From: Candidatus Latescibacterota bacterium
GTDB taxonomy: Bacteria; Latescibacterota; UBA2968; UBA8231
Reading direction: 5' to 3'
NCBI GenBank assembly: GCA_965197905.1
Contig: CBDAOB010000005.1
Location: forward strand, 1,792,001 to 1,856,000
Length of the DNA stretch: 64,000 nucleotides
Part shown: positions 11,404 through 21,349 of the stretch, in pieces
Numbering within the stretch: position 1 is the stretch's first letter
How the letters are laid out: each line of letters starts with the position of its first letter
Position numbers and translations under genes: made by a program
Notes under the pieces: model-generated
The model's database searches: none
What the model was told of the DNA's origin: nothing
The model's input: only the letters and a program-made list of their open reading frames with translations

Positions 11404-13287
11404 TCAACCTCGTTCGAGTAATCGGTCCGTGATCCAAGCTCGCCAATTCTCCACCTAACGTGGTCGGCAATGGCGTCATCCCCATCCCACAGGGAGAGAA
11501 AAAGACGGTGGTTGGACACCGCCTGGGCTAATCGATTGCTGTGTTCCATGAGCAGCGCTAGATTGTAGTACGGTTTGGCGTATGACGGATCGATCTCGAT
11601 GGCGCGCAGGTAAGCAGCCTCCGCCTCGTCGAGCCGTTTTTGTCCTTCGAGCGCACCGCCCAGGTTGAAATGAACGGTCGCCGCCCGATCGTCGATCGCC
11701 AGCGCCTGCCGAAACGCGCGCGCCGCTTCTCGGAACCGGTTCATCCGCAGAAGCGTGGTGCCCATGTTGTTGAACGTTTCCTCTCTGTTGAGGCTTCGAG
11801 ATAGCGCAGCTTGGTAAAGTGCCAAGGCCTCGGCCAAGCGGTCCTGCCTACCCAGCAACGTAGCGAGATTTATCTGCGCCTCGAGATTTCCCGGCTGCAA
11901 TTCCAACGCCCGGCGAAAACTCGCTTCGGCTTGCTGCGGCTGTCCAGAGTCCATCTGGACAAGGGCGCGCTTCCCCCAGGCCGCTGAACTTTCGGGCTCC
12001 AACGCAAGAGCCCGGTTGATCACCCTCTCCGCTTTCTCGACCTCACCGGCGGTCCGGAACAAACGTCCCAGATTCAACAGCGGGCGACTCATGAGCGGAG
12101 CCTTCATCTGGGCATCCAACCAAAGGCTCTGCTCGGTCGCCCACACCTTGTTTCTGTCAACCGTCAATAGGAGAAGCGGAATGACGCAAATGCCGGAGAG
12201 ACGGACGGCGAGGGTCTTACGCTCCAGTCGGGATAGCAACCACGCGGCCAAACCAATCGCTCCGGCGAGGACCAGGTAAAGACGTCTCTCATTTACCAGA
12301 ACATTCAACGGCACAACGAACGTGGGCAATGAGACGATCGTTATCCACGCGATCCAAAAAAAACACCGAGGTGACCACCTGCCTACGCCGCCAAGTCAGC
12401 ACCAGAACTAATGATATCACACCCAAAGCTGGCCATACGATCGCAAACGGCTTCGCGGCGCTCGCCTCGAAGAACTGGTGCTCGACACTAAGTGAGAAAG
12501 GAGACACGATCAGCGTCGCGTAGTAGACAATGGCCTTCAACTGGGTAGCCTACTGAACCCACATCGAACGCAGCGGTGCGTCCATTACCGCCTCACGAAG
12601 AATCCCCTGCACCGCGAGCAGGTAGATAATTGCGATCGCCGCGTGCGGGATCAATCGCCTTAACCTGAGATTCAGCGCACGATTCCCGAAGTGGTCGTGG
12701 CAAAATAGAAGGGCAGGAAGTCCGATTACGGTAGATTTGGCCAGAAGGCCCAACCCGTAGCAACAATAGGAAAGCACTGGATACCCTTCCTTCTTCCTTA
12801 TATAGCCGTACAATGCGGCCAGGAAAAAGAATGCAGCCAGTGACTCGGACCTGCTGCTGATGTAGTTGACCGGTTCGGTCGTGAGGGGATGAGAAGCGAA
12901 CACCAAAGCCGCAACCAGGGATGCTGGTTTGCCAGTCCCAAGCTGTAACAACAGAAAATAGAAGGCAATTGCAGACCCGGCGTGAATAGCCAGATTGACC
13001 AGATGGTATCCTCCGACGTCATATCTGCTGAAGCGGTAGTTCAGCGCATAACTGACCAAAACCAGAGGGCGGTACATATCACTACCGACGTTTCTCGAGA
13101 AAAGGCTCGGATCTACGAAGAACGACGGGATGTTCTCTAACGCGCGAATATGGGGATTCTCGAGAATGGAGTGTTCGTCGTCAAAATGAAAACTGTTTTC
13201 GAGGCTATTTGAAAAGGCAACTGCGCACATGACCGAAACGAATAATACGGCGACGATATGTCGTTGAAGATCGGATCGAGGTGCCAT
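11400..13287 (-). pseudogene. TMTC-like paralog 7, interrupted by an in-frame TAG (12550-12552) and a frameshift in a T8 run (12356-12363)
   Basis: FHFDDEHSI, MYRPLV, TEPVNYISSRSE, then WVQ*ATQLKAIVYY in frame. Removing one T gives VFFWIAWITIVSLPTFVVPLNVLVNERRLY followed by TPRs. May be sequence error. Confidence 0.7.
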
Positions 13288-14465
13288 CAGAGTTCCAGCA
13301 AACGTCTTCCAAGGGCAAGAAAGTGGGGTTCAGCGGCATATTTGTGCCGCTCACGCATCAGATTCAGATGCATGCGCTCACGGACTTTGAAATCAAGCAT
13401 GGTGACCAGTCTTTCGGCAACCGTCTCGGGCGACTGAGGATCGGCTACCAATCCGAAGTCCTCCCGTTCGATCAGTCCCTGGGCGCTGCCCTGAGGCAAT
13501 GCCCCCAGAACGGGACGGGCATGTGCGATGTGCTCGTAAAGTTTACCTGGAATGGCGTAGGCATAGTCGGAGGAAGCTAGCGAGAGATAACATATGTCGG
13601 CCGCGATTAGTTTTGCACTCACCTCTCCTGCATTGAGATACCCCCCGTACTTAACTATCTCATTAAAGCGGGATCCCAGGCGATTTCGTCGATAGTGATT
13701 GTCCGGGCCGTAGATTATGATCTCAAACCTCTGGGTGTATTGAGGTTCCCGCGCGCGCAAGATCTCCACCGCATCGAAGATTACTTCAAGTCCCTGGGCG
13801 CCCGATATCGAGCCGATGTATACAATCCGAACCTTCTCCTCCTCGCAGTAAGACGTCTCTTCCGGGATCTCCCAAAACCCATTTGGCGTCAATTGAACGT
13901 CCTCGCGGTTCAGGTCGTATCGACCAATGAGATTGTCTGCTACCTCCTGAGTGGCCACCGAAATAACGGAGGCCTGCTGGACAACCCATTTCTCGCACCA
14001 GTGTGCCCACGGAGATTGCAGCCCTTTCGCGAGGCCGCGGTATTCATCCCTGAAATCGAGCACTAATCTTGCGCCGGTATCGCGTGCTGCCATAGCCGCT
14101 GCGAGATGATCTGTTACGGGCGGATAGAGGCTGAAAATCACGTCATTTGACGATGAAGCGATGCGGGCTGCGGCACGTGCCGCGGGCCGCAGCCAATTGA
14201 TATGGGGACACGGCGCGAGACCGGTTCTAAAAAGTACTTCGCCGGTCAAATACCAGGGAATCGCTCGCGGTCGGTGCACTGGAATATCGTCGGTGGCCGG
14301 AAGGGTATCTGGATCGTTCACAAACGATCCGAGCGCACGCGAGACGTTGCCGTGGGCTACGATTTCTACGTCACAGCCGGCGTCGGCCAGGTATCGTGCA
14401 AACTGATAGCGTCTGTAGGTCCGGGCCAGAGGCGGAAAATAGCAGGTTACGAAACATACCTTCAT
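13287..14465 (-). CDS. Glycosyltransferase family 4 (GT-B)
   Basis: MKVCFVTCYFPP N-terminus, VYIGSI and IPGKLYEH motifs; coupled to TMTC genes on both sides. Confidence 0.85.
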   Translation of the reverse strand: MKVCFVTCYFPPLARTYRRYQFARYLADAGCDVEIVAHGNVSRALGSFVNDPDTLPATDDIPVHRPRAIPWYLTGEVLFRTGLAPCPHINWLRPAARAAARIASSSNDVIFSLYPPVTDHLAAAMAARDTGARLVLDFRDEYRGLAKGLQSPWAHWCEKWVVQQASVISVATQEVADNLIGRYDLNREDVQLTPNGFWEIPEETSYCEEEKVRIVYIGSISGAQGLEVIFDAVEILRAREPQYTQRFEIIIYGPDNHYRRNRLGSRFNEIVKYGGYLNAGEVSAKLIAADICYLSLASSDYAYAIPGKLYEHIAHARPVLGALPQGSAQGLIEREDFGLVADPQSPETVAERLVTMLDFKVRERMHLNLMRERHKYAAEPHFLALGRRLLEL

Positions 14466-16270
14466 TGCTTAGCCGTGCGCGCCTCGCCGGCGCGAGCCTG
14501 CTGGACGAATTTCCCGTACTCGGCTTCCTTGCCAAGCAGGTTTACAGCCCGACCAAACGCAGCGTGGGCTCGATCGGACTCCCCGTTCCCTTCAAACATG
14601 CGAGCCAGATTCAACCATGCCCCACCCAACTCTGGATCCTGGGGTTGCGGCCAATACAACGAGTCCGCGACAGCAAGCTCGTACTGCGCCAACGCCGCAT
14701 CGCGGTCTCCCTGAGCCTCGTAAGCCTGTCCCAAATTGTTTCTCGCTTTGACAAAACGGGGATCAATTTCCAGGGCCCTCGCGAATTGGGCGCCCGCTTT
14801 TTCCGCCTGTCCGGTACCCATGAATAGATTCCCGATGTTGTGATAGACCCCGGGAAGCTGAGAATTGTATGTCAGAGCTGTCCGGTACGCCGCCTCCGCC
14901 TCCTGGATTTTGGCTTGCTCGCTCAGGATATTCCCTTTGAGTACCCAACCCTCCGCGAAGTCCTGACGTAGTTGCAGTCCGGCTTCCAATTCAGCTAGTG
15001 CCTTGGCCGACTCCCCCCTTTTGTGGTATGCGATAGCCAGGTTCAATCGCGAACGCGGCATCAACGGTGACTTGCTCACAGAATCTTTCCATATAGTGAC
15101 CTCATCACTCCAGACCTCGTTTCGGCCAATGCTCAAGAGCGAAAACAGCACGCATAGAATACCGCCGATGACCATGGCGGATGTCGGTTTTACCCGAAAC
15201 AACTGATACCACGCCCACACGGAAATCAGCAAGATTCCGGCACTGGACAGGTACACCCTACGCTCGCTCACAAGGATATTCAGAGGCACGATGGAGGCAG
15301 GAAGAAGCGTAATCAAGAACCAGCCGATTCCAAATCTAAGATACCTGTCACCCACCTTGAGGATGAAGAGAACCGATGAGCCCAGGAACAGGGCCGATAA
15401 AACCACAACAGGCCCCAGCTGCCGGCCACTCTCAACAAACTGATATTCGATGTTCAGATTGATAGGAACGACAGACATCCAGACGTAATAAACCAATGCC
15501 TTTAGCTGCGTGAGCAGCTGGATATCGATCGCACGAGGCATCTTGTCGATGGAGCTCTGAACGTACCGGTTGCTCCAGATTACCACCACATAAAGGAGCG
15601 AGAGAAGTGTCAGCGTCCAATACTTATTCCATTCAACGCCTATGGCGCGAGCGGTCTTCGAAACACCGAAACGGCTCGATTCCCAGGCGAAAGTGGCAAG
15701 GGGGATGGTGATTGCGACCGATTTGGAAAGGAGCCCCGTGACAAATATGAAATGTCCGAGAATTAACGATCGGACGCTAACCCCTAATAAGAGCGTTGTG
15801 GCGGATAAGTAGCAGAGCGAAACGAGCAGGTCCGAACGACTGCTGAGGTAATTGATCGGCTCACTATGTAGTGGATGCACGAGAAAAACCAACCCGGTTG
15901 CGATGCCCAGGACCTCGGATCCCATTTTGCGGAGCAACAGGAACAGACCGAACGAGCAGAGTATGTGGAGTACCAGGTTTGTGACTCTGTAACCCCACAC
16001 CTCTTGGCCATGCAGGGCATAGTTCAAAGCAAGGGAGATGGAGGTCAGTGGCCGAAACATGTACCCATTGGGCTGGCTCGAAAAGGTGTGTGGATCGAGC
16101 ACGAAACGCTCCATCTGATCCAACGACCTGATGTGGGGATTGTACTGGATAGAATGGAAATCATCGTACTGGAAAGGATTTGACAGGGAATTGAAGTATA
16201 GGGCCGAGCCAATAGCGGCAAGAAGTACGAGAACGGCAATGAATCGCAGAATAGGTGCTCTATTTTTCAA
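14462..16270 (-). CDS. TMTC-like GT-C glycosyltransferase with TPRs, paralog 8
   Basis: FQYDDFHSI, MFRPL, HSEPINYLSSRSD, PLNILVSERRVY, TPRs. Start placed at TTG 16270 overlapping the upstream stop; the ORF track extends to 16378. Confidence 0.8.
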   Translation of the reverse strand: MKNRAPILRFIAVLVLLAAIGSALYFNSLSNPFQYDDFHSIQYNPHIRSLDQMERFVLDPHTFSSQPNGYMFRPLTSISLALNYALHGQEVWGYRVTNLVLHILCSFGLFLLLRKMGSEVLGIATGLVFLVHPLHSEPINYLSSRSDLLVSLCYLSATTLLLGVSVRSLILGHFIFVTGLLSKSVAITIPLATFAWESSRFGVSKTARAIGVEWNKYWTLTLLSLLYVVVIWSNRYVQSSIDKMPRAIDIQLLTQLKALVYYVWMSVVPINLNIEYQFVESGRQLGPVVVLSALFLGSSVLFILKVGDRYLRFGIGWFLITLLPASIVPLNILVSERRVYLSSAGILLISVWAWYQLFRVKPTSAMVIGGILCVLFSLLSIGRNEVWSDEVTIWKDSVSKSPLMPRSRLNLAIAYHKRGESAKALAELEAGLQLRQDFAEGWVLKGNILSEQAKIQEAEAAYRTALTYNSQLPGVYHNIGNLFMGTGQAEKAGAQFARALEIDPRFVKARNNLGQAYEAQGDRDAALAQYELAVADSLYWPQPQDPELGGAWLNLARMFEGNGESDRAHAAFGRAVNLLGKEAEYGKFVQQARAGEARTAKQ

Positions 16271-18058
16271 CCGTTGGCAAAGTCTCCCGCATTTCTCGCA
16301 GCGCCTGCTCGGCTGTGCCTTCGAAGGCAGTCCCCCTTCCGGCAATACTGAGTGCTGCGAAGGCTTGGCGTGCTTCAACGTTCTTACCTAACCGTCGGTA
16401 GGCAGTGCCAAGCGCCAGCCAAGTTGCTGGATAACTCTCTATCTCCAAAGACGTCTTGAAGTTGCCTGCCGCCCCCTCGATCTTCCCCGAGACCAATTGC
16501 TGTAGCCCCAGCTTGTACAATCGCTGCGCTTCGGGGTCTCTTTCGTCTATTTGGAATGCCAGTAACCCCTCCAAGGCTTCACGCGACTTTCGATAACTCG
16601 GATCCACATCAAGAGCCTTTTGATACCAACTCACAGCTTCGGTGAATCTCCCATAGACAAGTGCATCGAACCAAGATTGTTAAAGATCACTACCTCGTCT
16701 CCAGCGCTTAAGACACCGGGGTGAACATCGAGAGCTGTTTGATAGTGCCTCAGTGCCATCTGGTCGCGACCAGCGTTGCGATGGTGGTCGCCCGCATAGA
16801 CGTGGGGTCGCGGCATTCGAGGTGATCTTCGAAGGGAATCGCCCCATAGCGATTCAGCGCTTTCCCAAACTACCATTCGACCGCGATCGAGAACGCTGTA
16901 GACAAGCAAGAGTGCGCCCACGGCGATCGCCACCACCGGTCGATCCGCAGCATGGACAGAGACTATGCCTACAACAACACCGAACGTTATCATGGGCAGG
17001 TAAAGTCGATGTTCATTTACCAAAACATTCAACGGGACGACGGTTGCGGGAAGGAGAAAAAGAACCGACCAAATTGCCCAAAAAAAAGAGAGCCGCCAAG
17101 ACGCTTGGTAGTGATCCCGATGACCGCACATGAGGCGAACACAAGCAGTGATCCGATTACTGCGAATTCAAAAAACGATGATGATAGGTTGAACTGGTGT
17201 TCCACGTTCAGGTTATGGGGAATGAAAAGGAGCTGAAGGTAATAAATCAGAGCCTTGGACTGTGTTGCCAGCTGCGTCACAAGGTCCCTGACCGGGTAGA
17301 AAACCAAAGCTTCGGCGGCCAAGTCTATCGTTACCGCAAGGTAGGCAATGGTCAGCGTCCAAAACGGCCAGTGCAATCGGGCACACAAACCCAATATTCC
17401 GATCAGCGACTCTCGTCGTTTTAAGTGCACCTCAAGAGCCAACAGCGCCGCAGGGACAACAACGGCGACGGACTTTGAGCCCAGCGCGGCGGCAAAGCAG
17501 AATACGCTTAGAACAAGGCGGATTTGAGGTGCGCTTGTAAGGCGAGCGTGCGTGTAAAGTACCAAGCCGCACAAACAGAACAAAGCACATAAGGATTCTG
17601 ATCGGGCACTTATGTAGTTCACCACCTCAGCGTTTGCAGGGTGGACGCAGAATATCGACCCGGCTGCGAGGCTTACTAGATAGTTTCGATTAACAGCCTT
17701 GACCAGGTGAAACACCAAAAGGCTGTTAAGCAAATGAATCCCGAGATTAGTCAAGCGAAAGAATGTGGGGTCGTATCCATGAATCTTGAAATTCAAAGCG
17801 TAGGTCAGCAGAACAAGGGGCCGGTACATCGCGCTGTTGGGGTCCTCGGAAAATAACCGAGCGTCCGCGACCTGGGCAAAATGCCAAGGAATTGCTGAGC
17901 GACCGGATGCTGGGATTCTCCACTATGGAATGAAAATCGTCGTACTGGAACGCCCCGGGAACAAAGATTCCATGGGCAGCAAAGCCCAGGCTAAGCAAAA
18001 GTCCATAGGCCACGAGGCAGTTTCCGAATCGAGGAGGGGCACCACCTGGCCTTACCAT
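16260..18058 (-). pseudogene. TMTC-like paralog 9, split by three frameshifts (~17880, 17080-17087, 16650-16652)
   Basis: Consecutive fragments give FQYDDFHSIVENPSIR / MYRPLV...AEVVNYISARSE / PLNVLVNEHRLY / TPRs. Two of the shifts lie in T8 and G3 runs. May be sequence error. Confidence 0.7.
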
Positions 18059-18059
18059 C

Positions 18060-19190
18060 TCAGGCGAATTCGGCATATAAGCGAACCCACTCCTGCTCCA
18101 TGGCGTTCGGTGCGAAGGTTCTCTCCGCGTACTCTCGTCCGCGCCTTCCCAGAACCTCGCGTTTGCGGTCATCCCGCATCAACGTTTCCAGAACGTTGGC
18201 ATATCCTGCTGGGGTGTTTTCAGCTAGTTGAACCCACTCCCCTTGAAGCTCCGGAACAGGAAGAGACTGTCGATTGTTGACGACGACCGGGAGCCCATGC
18301 CACATTGCTTCCAATATAGTCTTAGGAAATTCAGGATAATCCGTGTGAACGGCGAATAGATCAAATCCGGTCATCGCACTGTTCAATTCCGTATTACTCA
18401 TCGAACGCTGAAAATGCACACGATCCGATATGCCCGTTGCATAAGCGATCTCGCGCAGGCATTTGTGCCTTGGTCCGTCACCAACTACCGTCAGGTGCGC
18501 ATCGATGTTCCTCAATCCGCGAATCAGTTGATCCGGTTGTTTACGCACCAGCTGTCGCCCTACGGAGAGAATTGCTGGCGGACGTCCCAATTGATAGCCA
18601 AACTTCACCTCAGAGGAGTTCGGGGAGACAATGTTGTATATCTTTGCGACACGTTTAGCGCCATGCATCGTAACATAGTCTCTCAAGGATTCGTAGACGA
18701 TCACCGCCACGTCTGCCGTGCAGATCGCCAGTGACGCGTAACGCTTTTCGTGCCCCAGATACCACCTACGGACTCCCCATGGTTCGCGCTTCAAAAGGTC
18801 GTCGCGGTGAGTATGTAGTGATATGATGTGAGGAATCCCCAACGCCTTCTTCACGTGGCAGCCCAAATAGCCCGTAAGTCTGTCGCCAGTTCGTACAAGG
18901 TCCGGCTTGATTCTCCGGGCAAGACTTATGACCCGGTCTTTCCAAAACCTATCGAGGAGCGGTGTAACACTTAGACTCAGCTTATCGGGCCCCTTCCACA
19001 ATCGGTGGAGGAATAGTTTTGCACTTCCCGCCATTGGAGCCACCAACTCGGGATCGATCGAGTCGGACGTGGTACTAAGCAAGTGGACTTCATCAAAAAA
19101 GTTGCCAGGATTGTAGTACCGGTCCGTCACCTCACCTTTGCTGACGAGTTGAGACAGTCGATCGGCGATAATGAAGAGTAACGTTCGCAT
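18060..19190 (-). CDS. Glycosyltransferase family 4
   Basis: ILSVGRQLVRKQ, VVGDGP, EFPKTILEAMWHGLPVV (EX7E-like) motifs. Confidence 0.85.
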   Translation of the reverse strand: MRTLLFIIADRLSQLVSKGEVTDRYYNPGNFFDEVHLLSTTSDSIDPELVAPMAGSAKLFLHRLWKGPDKLSLSVTPLLDRFWKDRVISLARRIKPDLVRTGDRLTGYLGCHVKKALGIPHIISLHTHRDDLLKREPWGVRRWYLGHEKRYASLAICTADVAVIVYESLRDYVTMHGAKRVAKIYNIVSPNSSEVKFGYQLGRPPAILSVGRQLVRKQPDQLIRGLRNIDAHLTVVGDGPRHKCLREIAYATGISDRVHFQRSMSNTELNSAMTGFDLFAVHTDYPEFPKTILEAMWHGLPVVVNNRQSLPVPELQGEWVQLAENTPAGYANVLETLMRDDRKREVLGRRGREYAERTFAPNAMEQEWVRLYAEFA

Positions 19191-19216
19191 TGACTATTGT
19201 TGCCAGATCGGTCGGT

Positions 19217-20209
19217 TCAGCGGTTGTCGTTCCCTTTGACGCCCAAGATTCTGAACGCACTCCCGTAATCGTAAAGCCCCATAACCAAGAGTAGTGCCTG
19301 CATTGAGAACCGGCGCATGCGAGTCCACCGGCGGCGTGAACTTGATTTCCTAGTAAGTTTGCTCGCGATCCTGGCGGCGGTTCCACGCGCACCTGGAGGC
19401 CAACTGCCGTCCGGGGTTCGAGCACGAGCGGCCTCAAGAATGTCGTCCATGTACATCGGGAATGACCCCATGTGCTGGAATCCCTCCTCCGCATAAAGCG
19501 AGAGCAATCGTCGCAATGTCATCGAATCGCGGTATAAAACGCCGTATTTGTCATATAAGCGCCCATCGTAGGAACAGCTTATGCCCTCCCGCTCGAAGGT
19601 CTTGGCGCAGTCAAACAACCGGCGCGCCAGACCGACTCGTTTCTCCACTTCGCTTCCAGCAAGGAGATCCAACACTCCACACTCGATGTTGTAAACAAGG
19701 TGACCGTAGGTGTTGTAGATGAACGTACAGAGATGTCCACGGGGTTTTACCCAATGGCATAGGTTACGGAAAGCCCTCACCGTATCAGGCGTGTGATGAA
19801 TGCAACCCAAGCTAGAAACGTAGTCGAATGACGCTGGGGCAAACTGAGAGCGGTCCAAGACCGACCCGTATCGAAACTCAACGTTTTCAAGCCCAGACCG
19901 TTTCGCTGAAGCGCGGGCCAGTTCCAGAGATCCTTGGCTGGTATCGATGCCCACAATTCTCTCCGGTCCTAGGCTGGCCAGAAACATAGTCTCCTCCCCC
20001 GTTCCGCAACCCGCATCCAACAACGTCTTGTCCCTAAAAAAATTGCTGATATCGATGCCCAGCTTGTCGTATACGAACTTCCTGTGCCGAACATATATGT
20101 CGTTTTGACGAGGGTCGAGGTTCGGATATCGAATCGCTGAATACATCGACCGAACGCGGTCTTCATTAGAGCTAGGGGAGTCTGACGTACTCGAGGGCGT
20201 ATTACTCAC
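19217..20209 (-). CDS. Class I SAM-dependent methyltransferase
   Basis: LLDAGCGTGE, VGIDTS, FDYVSSLGCIHH. GTG start at 20209 overlaps the capA-like stop (GTGA). Confidence 0.85.
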   Translation of the reverse strand: MSNTPSSTSDSPSSNEDRVRSMYSAIRYPNLDPRQNDIYVRHRKFVYDKLGIDISNFFRDKTLLDAGCGTGEETMFLASLGPERIVGIDTSQGSLELARASAKRSGLENVEFRYGSVLDRSQFAPASFDYVSSLGCIHHTPDTVRAFRNLCHWVKPRGHLCTFIYNTYGHLVYNIECGVLDLLAGSEVEKRVGLARRLFDCAKTFEREGISCSYDGRLYDKYGVLYRDSMTLRRLLSLYAEEGFQHMGSFPMYMDDILEAARARTPDGSWPPGARGTAARIASKLTRKSSSRRRWTRMRRFSMQALLLVMGLYDYGSAFRILGVKGNDNR

Positions 20210-21345
20210 GTCTGCTTTCTCCCCGATTCGCGCGTATCTGCAATTTCGAAAATGCTGCGACCCACGGATTTCAAGCTCTTGCGACTCAATCGCAGTAGAC
20301 GGGTTGCCCCAACCTTCCAACCCGCCTGCACAACCTCCTCATTGAACACTCTCCAAAGTCTTTGCTTTTCGTACTGTTTTGCTTCGCGATGCCAGAATCT
20401 ATCATACCCATTGGACGACAAACGCGAGGAATATTCTCTCAAATCTGAGAGCACAATTTCTCGTGCAGGGCCACCTAAGGATTTCAATCGACCGTCGATA
20501 TCCATGAACGTGGGTTCAACGTTCTCGAGGACAGCGCGTCCGTCTTCGATAAGGAATTTCGCCACCAGTGATCGCCTGGTCTGATCGCTGTCGAATCGCA
20601 GTCCTTGCGTCACATAGTCGGGAAAGAGCAGATTTCCCAGGCTGTAGCAGATCGTTCCGTGCCGATAGTGCTCTATACCCTGGATTACGTGAGGATGATG
20701 GCCGATCACGATATCTGCTCCGCAATCAACCAAGTCATGTGCAAGTTGGATAATCTGAGGTGCTGGATAATTAAGGTACTCCTTTCCCCAGTGTGCGGAT
20801 ACCACGACACAGTCTACCCGTTCCTGCAATTGCTTGACATCTTCCTGCATGTGCTCCAGTTCCAGCGGAGCCACACCCGCTGAATCGGCAGTGGCAATCA
20901 CAGAGCCGACCCAAGGATGAGCCGATGCGTATGCCAAGAATCCGACGTCGGTGCCCCGCTTTGATATCACTCGGGCAGCGCGTGCGTCTTCTAGATTCCG
21001 TCCAGCTCCCACGAATTCGATTCCGAGTTCGGCGATGCGATCCTGCGTGATACGCAAAGATCGAGCACCGTAGTCCATGCTGTGGTTGTTTGCTTGAGAG
21101 ATGATCGAAACGCCGAGCTGTTGCAACAAAGCCAATTGCCCCGGAGTCGCAGAAACGAGATACTCATCGGGATTCGGACTGTCACCACTCGTGTCGAAGG
21201 TGCAATCGAGATTGACGAAATTGATGCCGCCGGTTTCGAAAACCCCAAGAGCCTCGGCAAATACAGTATCGCGCTGATCCCCATGGTCTTCCAATGCGCC
21301 CCCAAGGGCAACGTCACCTCCTGCACATAGGCGCAACGCTTTCAT
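20206..21345 (-). CDS. CapA/PgsA family metallophosphoesterase-like protein
   Basis: GDV, ANNHSMDYG, HWGKEY, GHHPHVIQG, YSLGN motifs of the PGA_cap family. Start could be 21345 or 21363. Confidence 0.85.
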   Translation of the reverse strand: MKALRLCAGGDVALGGALEDHGDQRDTVFAEALGVFETGGINFVNLDCTFDTSGDSPNPDEYLVSATPGQLALLQQLGVSIISQANNHSMDYGARSLRITQDRIAELGIEFVGAGRNLEDARAARVISKRGTDVGFLAYASAHPWVGSVIATADSAGVAPLELEHMQEDVKQLQERVDCVVVSAHWGKEYLNYPAPQIIQLAHDLVDCGADIVIGHHPHVIQGIEHYRHGTICYSLGNLLFPDYVTQGLRFDSDQTRRSLVAKFLIEDGRAVLENVEPTFMDIDGRLKSLGGPAREIVLSDLREYSSRLSSNGYDRFWHREAKQYEKQRLWRVFNEEVVQAGWKVGATRLLRLSRKSLKSVGRSIFEIADTRESGRKQT

Positions 21346-21349
21346 GGCG

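Noticed and set aside
12550..12552. Pyrrolysine or programmed read-through of the in-frame TAG
   Set aside because: The position is an ordinary Leu/Trp/Ile in paralogs, one substitution from TTG or TGG. The same gene also has a frameshift, and no pyl genes are visible.
16271..16378. N-terminal extensions in the ORF track (also 26889-27089, 28861-29091, 43157-43357, 56137-56235)
   Set aside because: They overlap upstream genes or precede the RBS or signal peptide; downstream starts fit translational coupling and family N-termini better.
20206..21345. Poly-gamma-glutamate capsule locus
   Set aside because: Only a CapA-like gene is present; no CapB or CapC in the window.
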